IMG/VR virus record: IMGVR_UViG_3300031841_004526
Length of the DNA: 64,000 nt
Reading direction: 5' to 3' (one strand)
From: an uncultured virus (IMG/VR IMGVR_UViG_3300031841_004526)
Lineage: Duplodnaviria; Heunggongvirae; Uroviricota; Caudoviricetes
Part shown: positions 46,901 to 56,317 of the stretch, in pieces
Layout: every line of letters begins with the position of its first letter
How positions within the stretch are numbered: the stretch's first letter is position 1
Made by a program: the position numbers and the translations under genes
The notes under the pieces: generated by a model
What the model saw: only the letters and a program-made list of their open reading frames with translations
Database searches by the model: none
Told to the model about the DNA's origin: nothing

Positions 46901-49490
46901 CGACGAAAATGGTGATATTGCAGATTGCGGTTGTACAGATTTCTTGTTTGCCAATCAAATGTATTTTCCTATTGGCACAGATATTTCCGATCTAGAAGTT
47001 GGCATGCAGGTATACGGCCCGTTTGTACCGTATGGTACATATATAACTGAGATTAATAGAAGTACTGCTTCTGGTGGATGCGGACCCGTTATTACTATAA
47101 GTCAATATGTTGACGACGAAATTACTGGAGGTGTTTTTGGTAATTGTTCTAGATATTATTCTTTTTATTTTTCAAAATTAGAAACAACTAAAAAAATAGA
47201 TATAGTTTATCCATTAAGATCCAACAAGGCTCAGCTTTTTGAGTATGGCCTTAGATTCGGGCAAATTTATATGCCAGTATTTTGCTCATACGCCTATTAT
47301 CACAAGTGGGTTGGTGTGCCAGTAGGACCATACAAAGGCGTTATTAAAATTGCTGGTAAAAGTCCAACTTTATATCCTAGTCAAAATTTTTCTTCAACTA
47401 CTGGCGATACTAGAAGCTCTTGGGATATGGGATATAGACCAGTTTCTTTAAGTGCCTACGAAAGTAAAATGACTCAACCAGGCAGTTTGATAAACGAAAC
47501 TTATAGTGATCTTAGATGCAAAGGAACTTTCCCGTTTTTTGATATACAAGGCTATCCATGTCCCAGTATTTTCTGCCCAACATCACTAGATCCTTGTTTT
47601 GTCTGTATAGCTTTTGATGCTTATGGTGTAGGCGGCAATGGTGGAAGATCTTTTAACAATCCCTGTTATGCTCAAGATATACTAGCGTATGATGGTACTT
47701 CATTTTTTAATTATGACATTAATCCTAATGGTATTTTTCTTTGGGAGGGAGAAGGTGGTATTCGCAGATACGATCCATTGCAGGACTTAGATTATTTAAT
47801 AGCTAATTCTGGGACCGGATGGGCTGGAAATGCAGACTTTCCTGCTGGAACCGTACAAGATCCTTTACATAGACCTATCATAGATGGACATACTGGAGCA
47901 GCAGGTGTCGCTAATGGATACATCAACCCTTCTGTTGAAGTAACCAGAAATCCACAAAAAGATCCTAGACCAATGAGCCTAGACACTGCTGCACACCCTA
48001 TTACGTATGGAGAGGTTGCTGATACTCCTTTTTATGTATATCAGCCACATGGTCATGTACATTTCCTAGTGATTTATAGGCGTAGGCTAGGTTGGGGTGA
48101 ACCTAAATATGCATTTGATCAGTGTGGAAATGAAACACCAGATACTTTAATATATACGGAACCTGATCCTATTGGAAATCCTGGTGTATTTTTACCTTAT
48201 CCTGAATATAGTTGTGCTCCTGGTTATGCAACTTTCCGTGGTAAGAATACCGCTACTGTTAGAGTTCTTATGGATAATTTGCACGTTAACGTAGTTAAAG
48301 ATATTCATGGTCAATATCCAGAAAAGGCTCATGATATTATCATAGATAATCATTCAAATTTTGATACTGGAATAATACTTCCTTCAGAATCTGGAACAGA
48401 ATGGACTTTAACTACACCACTATATAATCCTTGGGAAAATGCAGAATATGACAGATTGTATCCTTGCACTGATAGAAGAGTATATGTAAGAGAAGAAACT
48501 TTTCATGGAAATGTGAATGTTGGTAATGAAGATAATCCTTGGTATTGTTATCAATTGCCAGAAAAAGTCAAAACGTGTGGAGACACCAATTCAGTAATAT
48601 CAGAAACTTCTGCTTTAGAATTAATAGATTTTGGTTATACTCTTGAAGGTATGCAAGAACTTGCAGAACAGAAATATCAATGTTGTAGACCATATGCAAG
48701 AGGATGTTTTTGTCCTTTTGGGTATTATGATAAATTTGGCTGGAGTTTGCTGGACAACGGTGCCTATCTTCATATCGCAGCGATACCAGATCCAGATAAT
48801 TGCTTTGATTCTGTATTTGAATGGGAATTGAATATAGATTTATCTGAATATGGATGTCCGTGTGCTACTTACGGTACCCAAACATCTGCTGGTACAACCC
48901 CGCAGGGTATAGGTCAATCATTCCCTCTTGAGGGTCATGATTGCTGTGAATATCCTGGTTCACAACCATGTCCTATTTACGCATCAACTCTTTTTAGTGG
49001 CACATTTTTTATAGCAGGTGCTGGAATAGAAATTTGGATAGAATATTATTGGGATAAAGAAGATAAATTTCCAGGTAATGATATGTGGATCAGGTTTAGG
49101 GGGAGATTCGTTGGACCGGGAGATGATTGGTCAGAAGGTGGGTTTTTTCATCAAGACTGGATAAGCAGAGGATCAAATTGTTATACTTGTGAACATTGTG
49201 CTAATGATGGTTCATATGCAGATTTTCTTAGAAATGAAATGTGTTGCTCTGAAGATCCCACCGCCTGTGCTTTATTACCCGATATAGAGTTAGAAACAGA
49301 ATGGGCAAAAGTTCCTTGTCCAGAAGATATGGGAGGTAGTGTATCGCTATCTCTTGCTGGAGAAAAGATGAATGCAAGCTTTACATTTAAAGGTAATTGT
49401 CTACAAGGTTTGATATATGATGTTAATGGAATTGCGTTGAGTAGTTCAGATGATAATTGTGGCTTAGGTATACCTATTATATGGGGTTGA
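43950..49490 (+). CDS. very large tail-tip/receptor-binding protein with VCBS/cadherin-like repeats and a Cys-rich C-terminus
   Basis: GTND.P repeats, F.D.D..D.H, W.Y motifs; many Cys in the last ~400 aa. Confidence 0.6.
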   Translation: MDNYTALEQLSHIYHAYNGLPKAEALMCIHNTIGLIFDSGTIVPSGEMPVTESALTTAIIEKYSDYYQNIRAEGAKVERSFLKLYQLDQLDKTKALSIENFNDITDVKLSEECVNNSGIGCDQPIPIDVMHSGFNFECKLYSGVPLFGRYIPNATLDLSAGRTYLFNIDSSGHPFAIQTVAEPYNSGSLVPLSNNPTATGTIELEIPKSGLWINNQQYKTLYYACANDGDKLHFDNYENINFTIIGTNDVPIITDIKDNFIGVAEEVDATGQIILANGKVRLLDLDFEDTLTYTITPLTFFGQLTSPDRFSIELEADPSGDLLTNAGYVDMVWKYSGLPTNLDFLRFGQTLPLRWNLKFNDGHQNSNTVPISIYLYGTNDPVILNTGLDSVMSGTVTALPNYSTDILSTEGYFYFQDPDLGDVHRTYYEKISGNHGVLGLSLDEANKKVTWIYDVSNVELWTLSSGMVVEEVFRIYVADNYGSSFSEDISISLSGVDQFGTQSIDYDISQYTTFNCNPSGTGITLIETNFPFYKSGEFCLSGISINFDDKVSLTATVEISGRTSGLPVSSGQVLDMLSYNLDKENEKITWVFDSKPEAFNYLRLNDNLNISYQIRIAEDKEGGIINIKPPFQPYIVEPRYDAYLEPGTHDYIDSKYWGTNERIPLKYGGLSDIKVFFDRNTNCVDINNFKYLASGSLLLDNIRIPFHPQIISEDQDVFAGYKPSDLISQNGNWGWNNFLYTSELSESQKRKYILQIGKNYEDILKEYDEKGEVSPYLYSTKWPAEKVYVSFEPSFIGVSGIHYESGDPPLINVITDKGELLCSGEPVAYRNISLVDIRPNVYAVNTYLNSQLATNSTFVTKCSSPIIGYFLTADNQPFGSYFQLEYMVKNGQSAYTLSALSVLVQNREWHRDAGHALLSTSIEIDNDEIVDIIELSNAVETFGIISWAEGYDGAIRSDEDGLSTLGKITKVGSIRGTFATVCTCDENGDIADCGCTDFLFANQMYFPIGTDISDLEVGMQVYGPFVPYGTYITEINRSTASGGCGPVITISQYVDDEITGGVFGNCSRYYSFYFSKLETTKKIDIVYPLRSNKAQLFEYGLRFGQIYMPVFCSYAYYHKWVGVPVGPYKGVIKIAGKSPTLYPSQNFSSTTGDTRSSWDMGYRPVSLSAYESKMTQPGSLINETYSDLRCKGTFPFFDIQGYPCPSIFCPTSLDPCFVCIAFDAYGVGGNGGRSFNNPCYAQDILAYDGTSFFNYDINPNGIFLWEGEGGIRRYDPLQDLDYLIANSGTGWAGNADFPAGTVQDPLHRPIIDGHTGAAGVANGYINPSVEVTRNPQKDPRPMSLDTAAHPITYGEVADTPFYVYQPHGHVHFLVIYRRRLGWGEPKYAFDQCGNETPDTLIYTEPDPIGNPGVFLPYPEYSCAPGYATFRGKNTATVRVLMDNLHVNVVKDIHGQYPEKAHDIIIDNHSNFDTGIILPSESGTEWTLTTPLYNPWENAEYDRLYPCTDRRVYVREETFHGNVNVGNEDNPWYCYQLPEKVKTCGDTNSVISETSALELIDFGYTLEGMQELAEQKYQCCRPYARGCFCPFGYYDKFGWSLLDNGAYLHIAAIPDPDNCFDSVFEWELNIDLSEYGCPCATYGTQTSAGTTPQGIGQSFPLEGHDCCEYPGSQPCPIYASTLFSGTFFIAGAGIEIWIEYYWDKEDKFPGNDMWIRFRGRFVGPGDDWSEGGFFHQDWISRGSNCYTCEHCANDGSYADFLRNEMCCSEDPTACALLPDIELETEWAKVPCPEDMGGSVSLSLAGEKMNASFTFKGNCLQGLIYDVNGIALSSSDDNCGLGIPIIWG

Positions 49491-49496
49491 TGTAAA

Positions 49497-49931
49497 ATGG
49501 ACGATATTCAAAAAATATTAATGGTCTTGCAATCTATAGGATGTAAAATAAGCATACAAGATGATAAAATTGTATTTAGCGATAAAGAGCTTGTAAATGA
49601 AATACTCTTAAATAAAATTGAGACACATAAAACAGATATTAAATTACGTCTATCTAATGATATACAAACAATGTCCCTTGATCTTGACTCAGGTGGAGTT
49701 GGTACAGAACTTAAAAAACTTTTAAGCCCTATGTCTGCTACATACGATAGCTTTGATAGATATAAAGAATTAGACGCTAGAGGTTATTTATGGTGCGATG
49801 CCAATAAAACCACAGCCATTAGATGGTTAGTTAGTTTTTCTAGAAATAATGGATTAGAATTAACATCTAAAAGTGCTAATACCTTAATCAAAAAAGCTAT
49901 CTCAAATTATAAGAAAAGCCTTATTTCTTAG
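49497..49931 (+). CDS. hypothetical protein: TubC-N-like docking segment plus G.GTELKKLL domain
   Basis: L...G.KI.....K...HK..I N-terminus; C-terminus paralogous to 4468..5043. Confidence 0.55.
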   Translation: MDDIQKILMVLQSIGCKISIQDDKIVFSDKELVNEILLNKIETHKTDIKLRLSNDIQTMSLDLDSGGVGTELKKLLSPMSATYDSFDRYKELDARGYLWCDANKTTAIRWLVSFSRNNGLELTSKSANTLIKKAISNYKKSLIS

Positions 49932-50250
49932 TTGGATTATATTTATACCAACCACGATTCTCTAGATAGTCGCCGTTGTCGCCTTTACGCTTAGGGAATA
50001 AAGTTCCGCCCTTTTTGTGTTGACCATACTGCAACACTGATCCGCACTTAGTGCAACGCAATTCATAGTAATCGTTGTCTTCAACATTTCTTACTACAAA
50101 TCTTAGGTCATCACTCTTACAGGATCCACAGCAAGCTTCTCCGAAGATTTCCTGCAATGTAGACAGTTCTTTAAAAATCTGTTTCTGTCCTTCTGCCTCT
50201 AATTCAAACTCCAACCTATCATTAACTTTATATTTTAATTTCATCGCCAT
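49921..50250 (-). CDS. zinc-ribbon hypothetical protein
   Basis: CGSC...CTKC. Confidence 0.7.
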   Translation of the reverse strand: MAMKLKYKVNDRLEFELEAEGQKQIFKELSTLQEIFGEACCGSCKSDDLRFVVRNVEDNDYYELRCTKCGSVLQYGQHKKGGTLFPKRKGDNGDYLENRGWYKYNPTKK

Positions 50251-50930
50251 TGCTCCGTGTAACCTTTAAGAATTTCTGGAATACTATCAATGTCTTGTTG
50301 ATAGCTAGACAACTGCCTTATAATATCAACAGCTTCCTTATGAGTCAAGCTTCTTACATTATTATTGTCGAAACCTAGATGTTCTACAAGAGACAGGGCA
50401 TTTACATCCAACCTCTTGCATAATACATCCATAAAATTAATCTGGTTACTGCTAACCTTACCAACATTTTCACCATTAATATCATCTTCTATTTCTTCTG
50501 CAATTTCTTCTGCAGCTACAACTTTTCTTAATTTCAAAGCCCTTCTTAAAGCTCTACCTTCAGCCCTTGTTTCTGCAACAGCAACAGGATGATTTCTGAA
50601 AATTTTATCACAATTACCCCAGTATACGTCTGCGGCGCCATTTACGGTTCTGGTTTTAATTTCCTGTGGTAGATCACCATTATTTAAAACATAGGTCAGA
50701 GAATGGACCACAGTGGCCCTCTGGCCGTTTTCTGGGTCTGGAGACTGTATTACTTCAGAGCATGAACCAACAACGGTACAATCTAGTGCAATTTCAAATA
50801 TTCTACGCAAACCATCTGTGGTAGGATTACCCATAATCTTTTCATCATCAGACAATAATTCCAGAACCTGGTCAGTCCATCCCAGATCATTAGGTGTTAC
50901 AACTTGTTCTGCTTTTTTTGCTTTCGTCAT
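50241..50930 (-). CDS. putative ssDNA-annealing protein (Rad52/Sak-like)
   Basis: AVAETRAEGRALRRAL helix; C-terminal S.NQ..F...L...LT..EA..II domain. Confidence 0.55.
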   Translation of the reverse strand: MTKAKKAEQVVTPNDLGWTDQVLELLSDDEKIMGNPTTDGLRRIFEIALDCTVVGSCSEVIQSPDPENGQRATVVHSLTYVLNNGDLPQEIKTRTVNGAADVYWGNCDKIFRNHPVAVAETRAEGRALRRALKLRKVVAAEEIAEEIEDDINGENVGKVSSNQINFMDVLCKRLDVNALSLVEHLGFDNNNVRSLTHKEAVDIIRQLSSYQQDIDSIPEILKGYTEQWR

Positions 50931-51712
50931 TATTCATCCTCTATATTAAAAGTCTTCTGATTGCTACTAGAAATGTTTGTTAATAATTTATCCAATTTTT
51001 CAAAGATCAATCTAGCTCTGGTAGCAGAAAAATCCTTGGATTGTTTGATCCTGACTAGCTTCATGCCGCGTCCAATAATTAATCCTGTTTTTTTATTGTC
51101 GTATTTTTGGTTACGCTGCAAGGTATCTTGACCCCACACGGGCTCAAAGTGAGATGGGCCATCGACCTCTATAGCTGTAGTAAGCTCTGGCAGATAGATG
51201 TCAATTTGTAATTTGGTATTTGAGAGAATTTGCTCTTTATGAAATTCCACTTTGTATCCAGCGCCTATAAGAGCATCTAATAAAAACTTTTCTAACTTGG
51301 AACCATACTTACTACTCTCTCTAATTGCCACATATGCCGAGTGCCTTCTGTTATGTTTCTCGTCTTCAGACAATTTATTCCATACGTCTTTTGCTTTTTG
51401 TTTTCTTTGTTTTAATTCTGATTCAGACATATTGGCCCACGAATTATATATGCCCATGCCTATCTTTTGCTTTTCTTCTTCACTTCTGGCTTTGCCCTTG
51501 GTAGGATGCTTAGCTTTCCCTTTTGCTAAAACATTTTTCTGGGCTTGCGTTTTATCACGAATAGGTATTTCATACTTAATGGCATCTCGTCTAACTTTAT
51601 TAGCATAAGTATCGTACTTATTTGCTATCTCAGCAAACGACAATCCATCTTTCACATATTCTTTTTGTAATAACTTCTTTTTGTCTGGTTCAGACAGCGT
51701 TTTGTACGACAT
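50930..51712 (-). CDS. free-standing homing endonuclease (Vsr/DUF559-like with a NUMOD3-like segment)
   Basis: HPTKGKARSEEEKQKI; SKLE...QIDI.LP....IEVDG.SH. Confidence 0.75.
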   Translation of the reverse strand: MSYKTLSEPDKKKLLQKEYVKDGLSFAEIANKYDTYANKVRRDAIKYEIPIRDKTQAQKNVLAKGKAKHPTKGKARSEEEKQKIGMGIYNSWANMSESELKQRKQKAKDVWNKLSEDEKHNRRHSAYVAIRESSKYGSKLEKFLLDALIGAGYKVEFHKEQILSNTKLQIDIYLPELTTAIEVDGPSHFEPVWGQDTLQRNQKYDNKKTGLIIGRGMKLVRIKQSKDFSATRARLIFEKLDKLLTNISSSNQKTFNIEDE

Positions 51713-52082
51713 AGTTTTGGTACTCCTTGTTTGATAGAATCTTTTTTAATTGATCTAGTCTGCCTTTTTCCTCTAAAAAGTCTTCTATATTATAATGATC
51801 AACATTCGATAGATTATGCCTTGTTGGAATATCTATACATATAAATTTATTGGACTTAAAAGTATCGGCAATATCATAGCAAGTATTATCTGTTAGAATC
51901 AAATAATTTTGAGACATCAAGTACCTACTGTGAAATTCTGGTAATGGAGTTAATACATTCTTTTTATCAAAAAATATCACAGGATCAGATATAAGATTGT
52001 GGTGCCTAAGTATCCCATATAGTTTAAAGCTATTTGTTTCTGGTGTTACGGCTGCTGAGTAGTATTTTATGTCGTGCATCAT
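51690..52082 (-). CDS. hypothetical protein
   Basis: Coupled ORF. Confidence 0.55.
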   Translation of the reverse strand: MMHDIKYYSAAVTPETNSFKLYGILRHHNLISDPVIFFDKKNVLTPLPEFHSRYLMSQNYLILTDNTCYDIADTFKSNKFICIDIPTRHNLSNVDHYNIEDFLEEKGRLDQLKKILSNKEYQNYVVQNAV

Positions 52083-52747
52083 ATATCCTTTGCTTTTTTG
52101 TAATTGTCCACACTATCTATTATTATATGCTTTTTGGTGTTAACGTCTTGTATGGTGAATTTGTCATAATTGTTTAACAGATTAATAAATTCAAACATAT
52201 AAGTAGAGTATAGTTTTTCAGTACATATTTGCTTGGCATATTCTATATGCTTTTTATTTAAACAGTATATGTTGGTTGACTTTGTAGGTAGATTAAAGAA
52301 CATGTGTTGCAAAGTATCTCCGTCTACAATCGCCCCAATATTCGTTGCGAATTCTTTATGACGATTAACAACCAAGAAAGACTTATGTACTCTGGTATTG
52401 ATTTTTGACCAAAAGTTTTTCGCAAACATGCAGTTCTGATTAATGACTATTGCTTTATTGTATTTGATAGCTTTTAATGCTTCACACAAGCTTTGTGTTT
52501 CATTAGATGTAGTAGACAACTCATGAGATATATACTTAACACGATTATATCCCTCCAATATTTTTTGCATTTTCCTGTGTTCAAATCCGCCAACCACAAC
52601 AATTTCTGCACTGTTATAGTTGTGTAATATATACTCTATGTGTTTTTCTATTATGGTATATTTTTTATACTTCAACAATCCCACATTGCCCATAGACTTC
52701 ATGCCTTTTGTGGGTAACGAGGATATGATTATAAACGATACGCTCAT
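52079..52747 (-). CDS. sugar/choline-phosphate nucleotidyltransferase-like protein, degenerate
   Basis: KGMKS.G..GLL...TII...EIVVVGGF...IDS; glycine-rich LAAG loop and GD motif altered. Confidence 0.65.
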   Translation of the reverse strand: MSVSFIIISSLPTKGMKSMGNVGLLKYKKYTIIEKHIEYILHNYNSAEIVVVGGFEHRKMQKILEGYNRVKYISHELSTTSNETQSLCEALKAIKYNKAIVINQNCMFAKNFWSKINTRVHKSFLVVNRHKEFATNIGAIVDGDTLQHMFFNLPTKSTNIYCLNKKHIEYAKQICTEKLYSTYMFEFINLLNNYDKFTIQDVNTKKHIIIDSVDNYKKAKDI

Positions 52748-53163
52748 TTAATTATTTGTGCTGTAAAATAGTACTCGAATATATTAATGTACTTTTGTGT
52801 AATCAATTTATAATTAGCAACAGATAATAGATCTATAATATTTTGTGCAGAGTGCATGAACACTCTTTCTTTGTAAGTTAGCATCTGGGCTAATTCAATA
52901 TTAACTTTATCAAAAGTCAATGCAATCGCTAATTGTTTTATATCTGGGGCCTGAATATATAGCAGGCCTTTATTGTTTAGTTTTTCAGCTATTTTTTCTA
53001 ATAATGCTGGTTGTTCAGATGGTAGAGTATAATCTAGTAGATCTTGTATATACATACTTTCTACAGAATTATTTTCTATTTCATCTATTCTATCTATATG
53101 TATATTGTTGGTATCTGGTATGTCCAGTATATCATTAGTCTTATGTAGGTAAATATTATTCAT
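52744..53163 (-). CDS. methyltransferase-fold-like protein (partial or degenerate)
   Basis: NNSVE.....LLDY...L..KGLLYIQAPD; start at the ATG at 53163. Confidence 0.5.
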   Translation of the reverse strand: MNNIYLHKTNDILDIPDTNNIHIDRIDEIENNSVESMYIQDLLDYTLPSEQPALLEKIAEKLNNKGLLYIQAPDIKQLAIALTFDKVNIELAQMLTYKERVFMHSAQNIIDLLSVANYKLITQKYINIFEYYFTAQIIK

Positions 53164-53602
53164 AGATGTATCTTCTTTTTTTCTGCTCGTTAAAAATCTG
53201 CTCCCATTCTTTAGCATTAGATCCATAACCTAGAACAATATCATGAATATTACCCCAGGATTGTTTAACCTGATCATCAATAGCTATCTGCCAAACATTA
53301 GGTAGCATATCTATTTTTTTCTGCACCTTACTAACATCTAGTGTGTCTGATCTAACCTCATGGTCTACAACAACTAAATTACATTGATGATATTGACAAA
53401 CACTTATAATTTTCTCTAAGCTTTGAGTTCGATTATTCAGTAGAACTATATCTGGTACACAGTTTCCAACATAAAGGTGGTCAAGTGAAAAAATCTTAAC
53501 ATCCAAGCTTTTCAGAAATTTCTCGAAATAAATGTTATTGCTCGGTATATTTAATATGTTTGTGCTATTACTAAGTTCTCTGGATAATAGGCTACTAATC
53601 AT
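53156..53602 (-). CDS. hypothetical protein, possible GT-B N-terminal-like domain
   Basis: PDIVL...VVVDHE; located in the glycosylation cluster. Confidence 0.4.
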   Translation of the reverse strand: MISSLLSRELSNSTNILNIPSNNIYFEKFLKSLDVKIFSLDHLYVGNCVPDIVLLNNRTQSLEKIISVCQYHQCNLVVVDHEVRSDTLDVSKVQKKIDMLPNVWQIAIDDQVKQSWGNIHDIVLGYGSNAKEWEQIFNEQKKRRYIYE

Positions 53603-54669
53603 AAGTATGTATGAAATTTTGAGTTGTCGAATATATTGCGATCTACACTAGACATCTTGCGTTGTTTTTCTTGTTCTGTTAATTGAAAAGCCGACCTCAT
53701 TTTAGCTCTAATATCAGATACGATTGGCTTATACCATACTTCGTGTTGAGTAAATACATTATTTAGACCAAAAATATTATTACTAATAACGTTTTCTTCG
53801 ATGCTCTTTATATTAAATCCATTATTCTGTGTAATATAGCAAGCTGGGGCTGTTTTATCTACACATATCACACTATTACCATACAATAAAGCTTCTACGC
53901 AAGCGGCTCCACCATGAGAACATTTTGATGTATCTATGTAGCAATGGCAATTATTATGAAGGTCGACCTTTTTGGTATGATCTATGTGTCCCAAAATAAT
54001 GATTGGCTCAATAGTATCTTTAGGGGTTTTACGGCTAATTTCATAGGCATTATTAACTATATTTTTTACAACACTTTCTTCTGCTGAATCTATTTTGATA
54101 ATAAGCCTAGCAGATTCTTTATTTGAAAATTCTGATAGGTATGCTATTAGTAATTCCAATAATCCGTCTTTGTGATTCAATGACGAGAAACTATAGAAAT
54201 TAAATTCATTTTCATCACTATGGTTGGTTTCCTCGTCTATTCTTTTTAAATTAAAGGGTTCTGGTATAACCTTTATTTTTTTAAATACCCCAGACTCTCT
54301 CAGTATTTTTTCCCCATAGAAAGAGTTGACCCACACTTCATCCATCATGTTGATTTTTTCAATCCATCCAGTATGAGATAGATTTCTCGTTGCTATTTTT
54401 GGCACACAAATATTTTTACCAAAACGATTATTGTATTCATAAAATTCTGGTAATGTATCTTGTATGACGCAATCGTAGTTGTACTGTTTGTTGTTTTCTA
54501 GAGATAGCAAATCTTTATCTAAATTAGTTACATAGTTATCTATGGTAAGATAGATAGGTCTAATAGATAAATTAACATTAGCAATATTATTCAGTGCTTC
54601 TATATAGCGTAAAGAAGCATAGCCAAAACTGTTTTTCTCTCTATAATGTCCTAGATATAGAATATTCAT
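53599..54669 (-). CDS. GT4-family glycosyltransferase-like protein, degenerate EX7E
   Basis: MDEVWVNS...K.L.EL..AY...LH....CYI...EA..YG; start at the ATG at 54669. Confidence 0.75.
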   Translation of the reverse strand: MNILYLGHYREKNSFGYASLRYIEALNNIANVNLSIRPIYLTIDNYVTNLDKDLLSLENNKQYNYDCVIQDTLPEFYEYNNRFGKNICVPKIATRNLSHTGWIEKINMMDEVWVNSFYGEKILRESGVFKKIKVIPEPFNLKRIDEETNHSDENEFNFYSFSSLNHKDGLLELLIAYLSEFSNKESARLIIKIDSAEESVVKNIVNNAYEISRKTPKDTIEPIIILGHIDHTKKVDLHNNCHCYIDTSKCSHGGAACVEALLYGNSVICVDKTAPACYITQNNGFNIKSIEENVISNNIFGLNNVFTQHEVWYKPIVSDIRAKMRSAFQLTEQEKQRKMSSVDRNIFDNSKFHTYL

Positions 54670-56297
54670 GCGTATTGAACTACATGGTTCATCATTTCTG
54701 GAGGATCTATTTCTCCCACCCTGACCTTTTCCCATATGGTTTTGCTATTCATAAAACCTTCCAGAGATTTTATGGCGTTATCCATTGTAAATGGTTGCAC
54801 CTTACCATTACTTGCTACATATCCAACATCAGCTGAGTGAACGATATTTTGAAAAATAGCGGTATGCTTAATGTGAGGAGCATTAATAACATGATCAGCA
54901 ATAAAGTTTAAGACTTTTCTATTACTAGGTAATGGTGGAACTTTTACTTCTGGTTGTGGTAAAGCTGGTTTTGCGTCCCACTTGCCTTGTAATCCAGTTA
55001 ATTCGATATTGTCAAATATACGTTCGAAAGCCTCTGCGGTTTTATTCCAATCGTAACTACTAGTTAATTTATTTCTCAAATTCTCTGTCTGGCTCATGCG
55101 TTTGATAAAAGATAGATCTTTTAGCTCATTATATTTCTTAACTAGAATATCTATACATTTATCATCATCTGGATAAACACGATCAGCATTAGTTTCTAGC
55201 TCTCTAAAGTAAGATGCTACTGGAACAATATCTGCCCCTATATTATCTCCTACTTCTCTCATGGCTCCATGATCTACTGTGACTACAGGTATGCCACAGG
55301 CAGCAGCTTCTACTGGTGGGATACCGAATCCTTCACAAATAGCATATTGAACATAAACATCAAAGCTATTTATAACCTTGGCCAAATCTTTATCTTCTAA
55401 ACCATTTGAAACAGTACACATTCCACAGGCTTTTTGATTGCAATGCTTACAACCTGTAGGATGTTCATGAAATGTACTAGCATAATACTTCTTGCATGCT
55501 TGACACTTGTATGTAAAATATACCAGGGACATAGCATCATAATACATTAATAGATCTGGTAAATTCCATGCGTTTAAATCTGGATAGCTAGTGTGCAGAT
55601 ACAACTTAGCATTAGGTGCTGATCGAGAAACTTCTTTGATAATTTTGATAAGGTTTGGAATTAATTTGCGTTTTTGATTTCTCATTACAGATCCAATAAT
55701 AAAGTCTGATGGTGATAAACCAAGTTGTTGTTTCAGCATTTCTTTAGGTTCTTTACTTGGTGCAAAGACATCTATATTTACTGCGTCATTGACTGGTTCT
55801 ACTAAATTCATAGGCACACCAGTAGATTTTAAATAATCAACGCCCCATTGTGTGTGTGCAGATACAGTGTCAGCACTACTAAATGTTTGCAGCCAATCTG
55901 TTTTTTGTGGTGCAGAATCGATGGTTGGGCCTATCATCCAATGAAAGTATGGTCGTAATGGTGACATCTCTACAAAACTAGACATCCAATAATCACGAAT
56001 GTCAAATACTATATCTGGCTTAAAGTCTATGCAAGATCTTTCAAAGCCCCACGCCCCAAAGGCATTGCTGGGATTGCTCCCATATTGTTTCAATGCCTCT
56101 GGATCTGTTGGCGCGTTGGCATAAATCTTCCAAGGTTCTTTCTTAGGGACATTGATGGTTCTATATGCAGACAGTTCAGCAATTTCATACTTATTTGTAG
56201 CATGTAGTTTTGAAAGGATACTTTTTGTGTAATTACCAAATCCAGAATCTACATGACTAGACTCGGCACACATTAATATTCTTTTTTTGCCCATCAT
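54666..56297 (-). CDS. GT4-family glycosyltransferase with a Zn-ribbon insert
   Basis: SGFG, RNQKRK, EGFGIPPVEAAACGIP; CQAC..CKHC insert. Confidence 0.88.
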   Translation of the reverse strand: MMGKKRILMCAESSHVDSGFGNYTKSILSKLHATNKYEIAELSAYRTINVPKKEPWKIYANAPTDPEALKQYGSNPSNAFGAWGFERSCIDFKPDIVFDIRDYWMSSFVEMSPLRPYFHWMIGPTIDSAPQKTDWLQTFSSADTVSAHTQWGVDYLKSTGVPMNLVEPVNDAVNIDVFAPSKEPKEMLKQQLGLSPSDFIIGSVMRNQKRKLIPNLIKIIKEVSRSAPNAKLYLHTSYPDLNAWNLPDLLMYYDAMSLVYFTYKCQACKKYYASTFHEHPTGCKHCNQKACGMCTVSNGLEDKDLAKVINSFDVYVQYAICEGFGIPPVEAAACGIPVVTVDHGAMREVGDNIGADIVPVASYFRELETNADRVYPDDDKCIDILVKKYNELKDLSFIKRMSQTENLRNKLTSSYDWNKTAEAFERIFDNIELTGLQGKWDAKPALPQPEVKVPPLPSNRKVLNFIADHVINAPHIKHTAIFQNIVHSADVGYVASNGKVQPFTMDNAIKSLEGFMNSKTIWEKVRVGEIDPPEMMNHVVQYA

Positions 56298-56317
56298 AAT
56301 CCCTTCGGTTAGAATTC

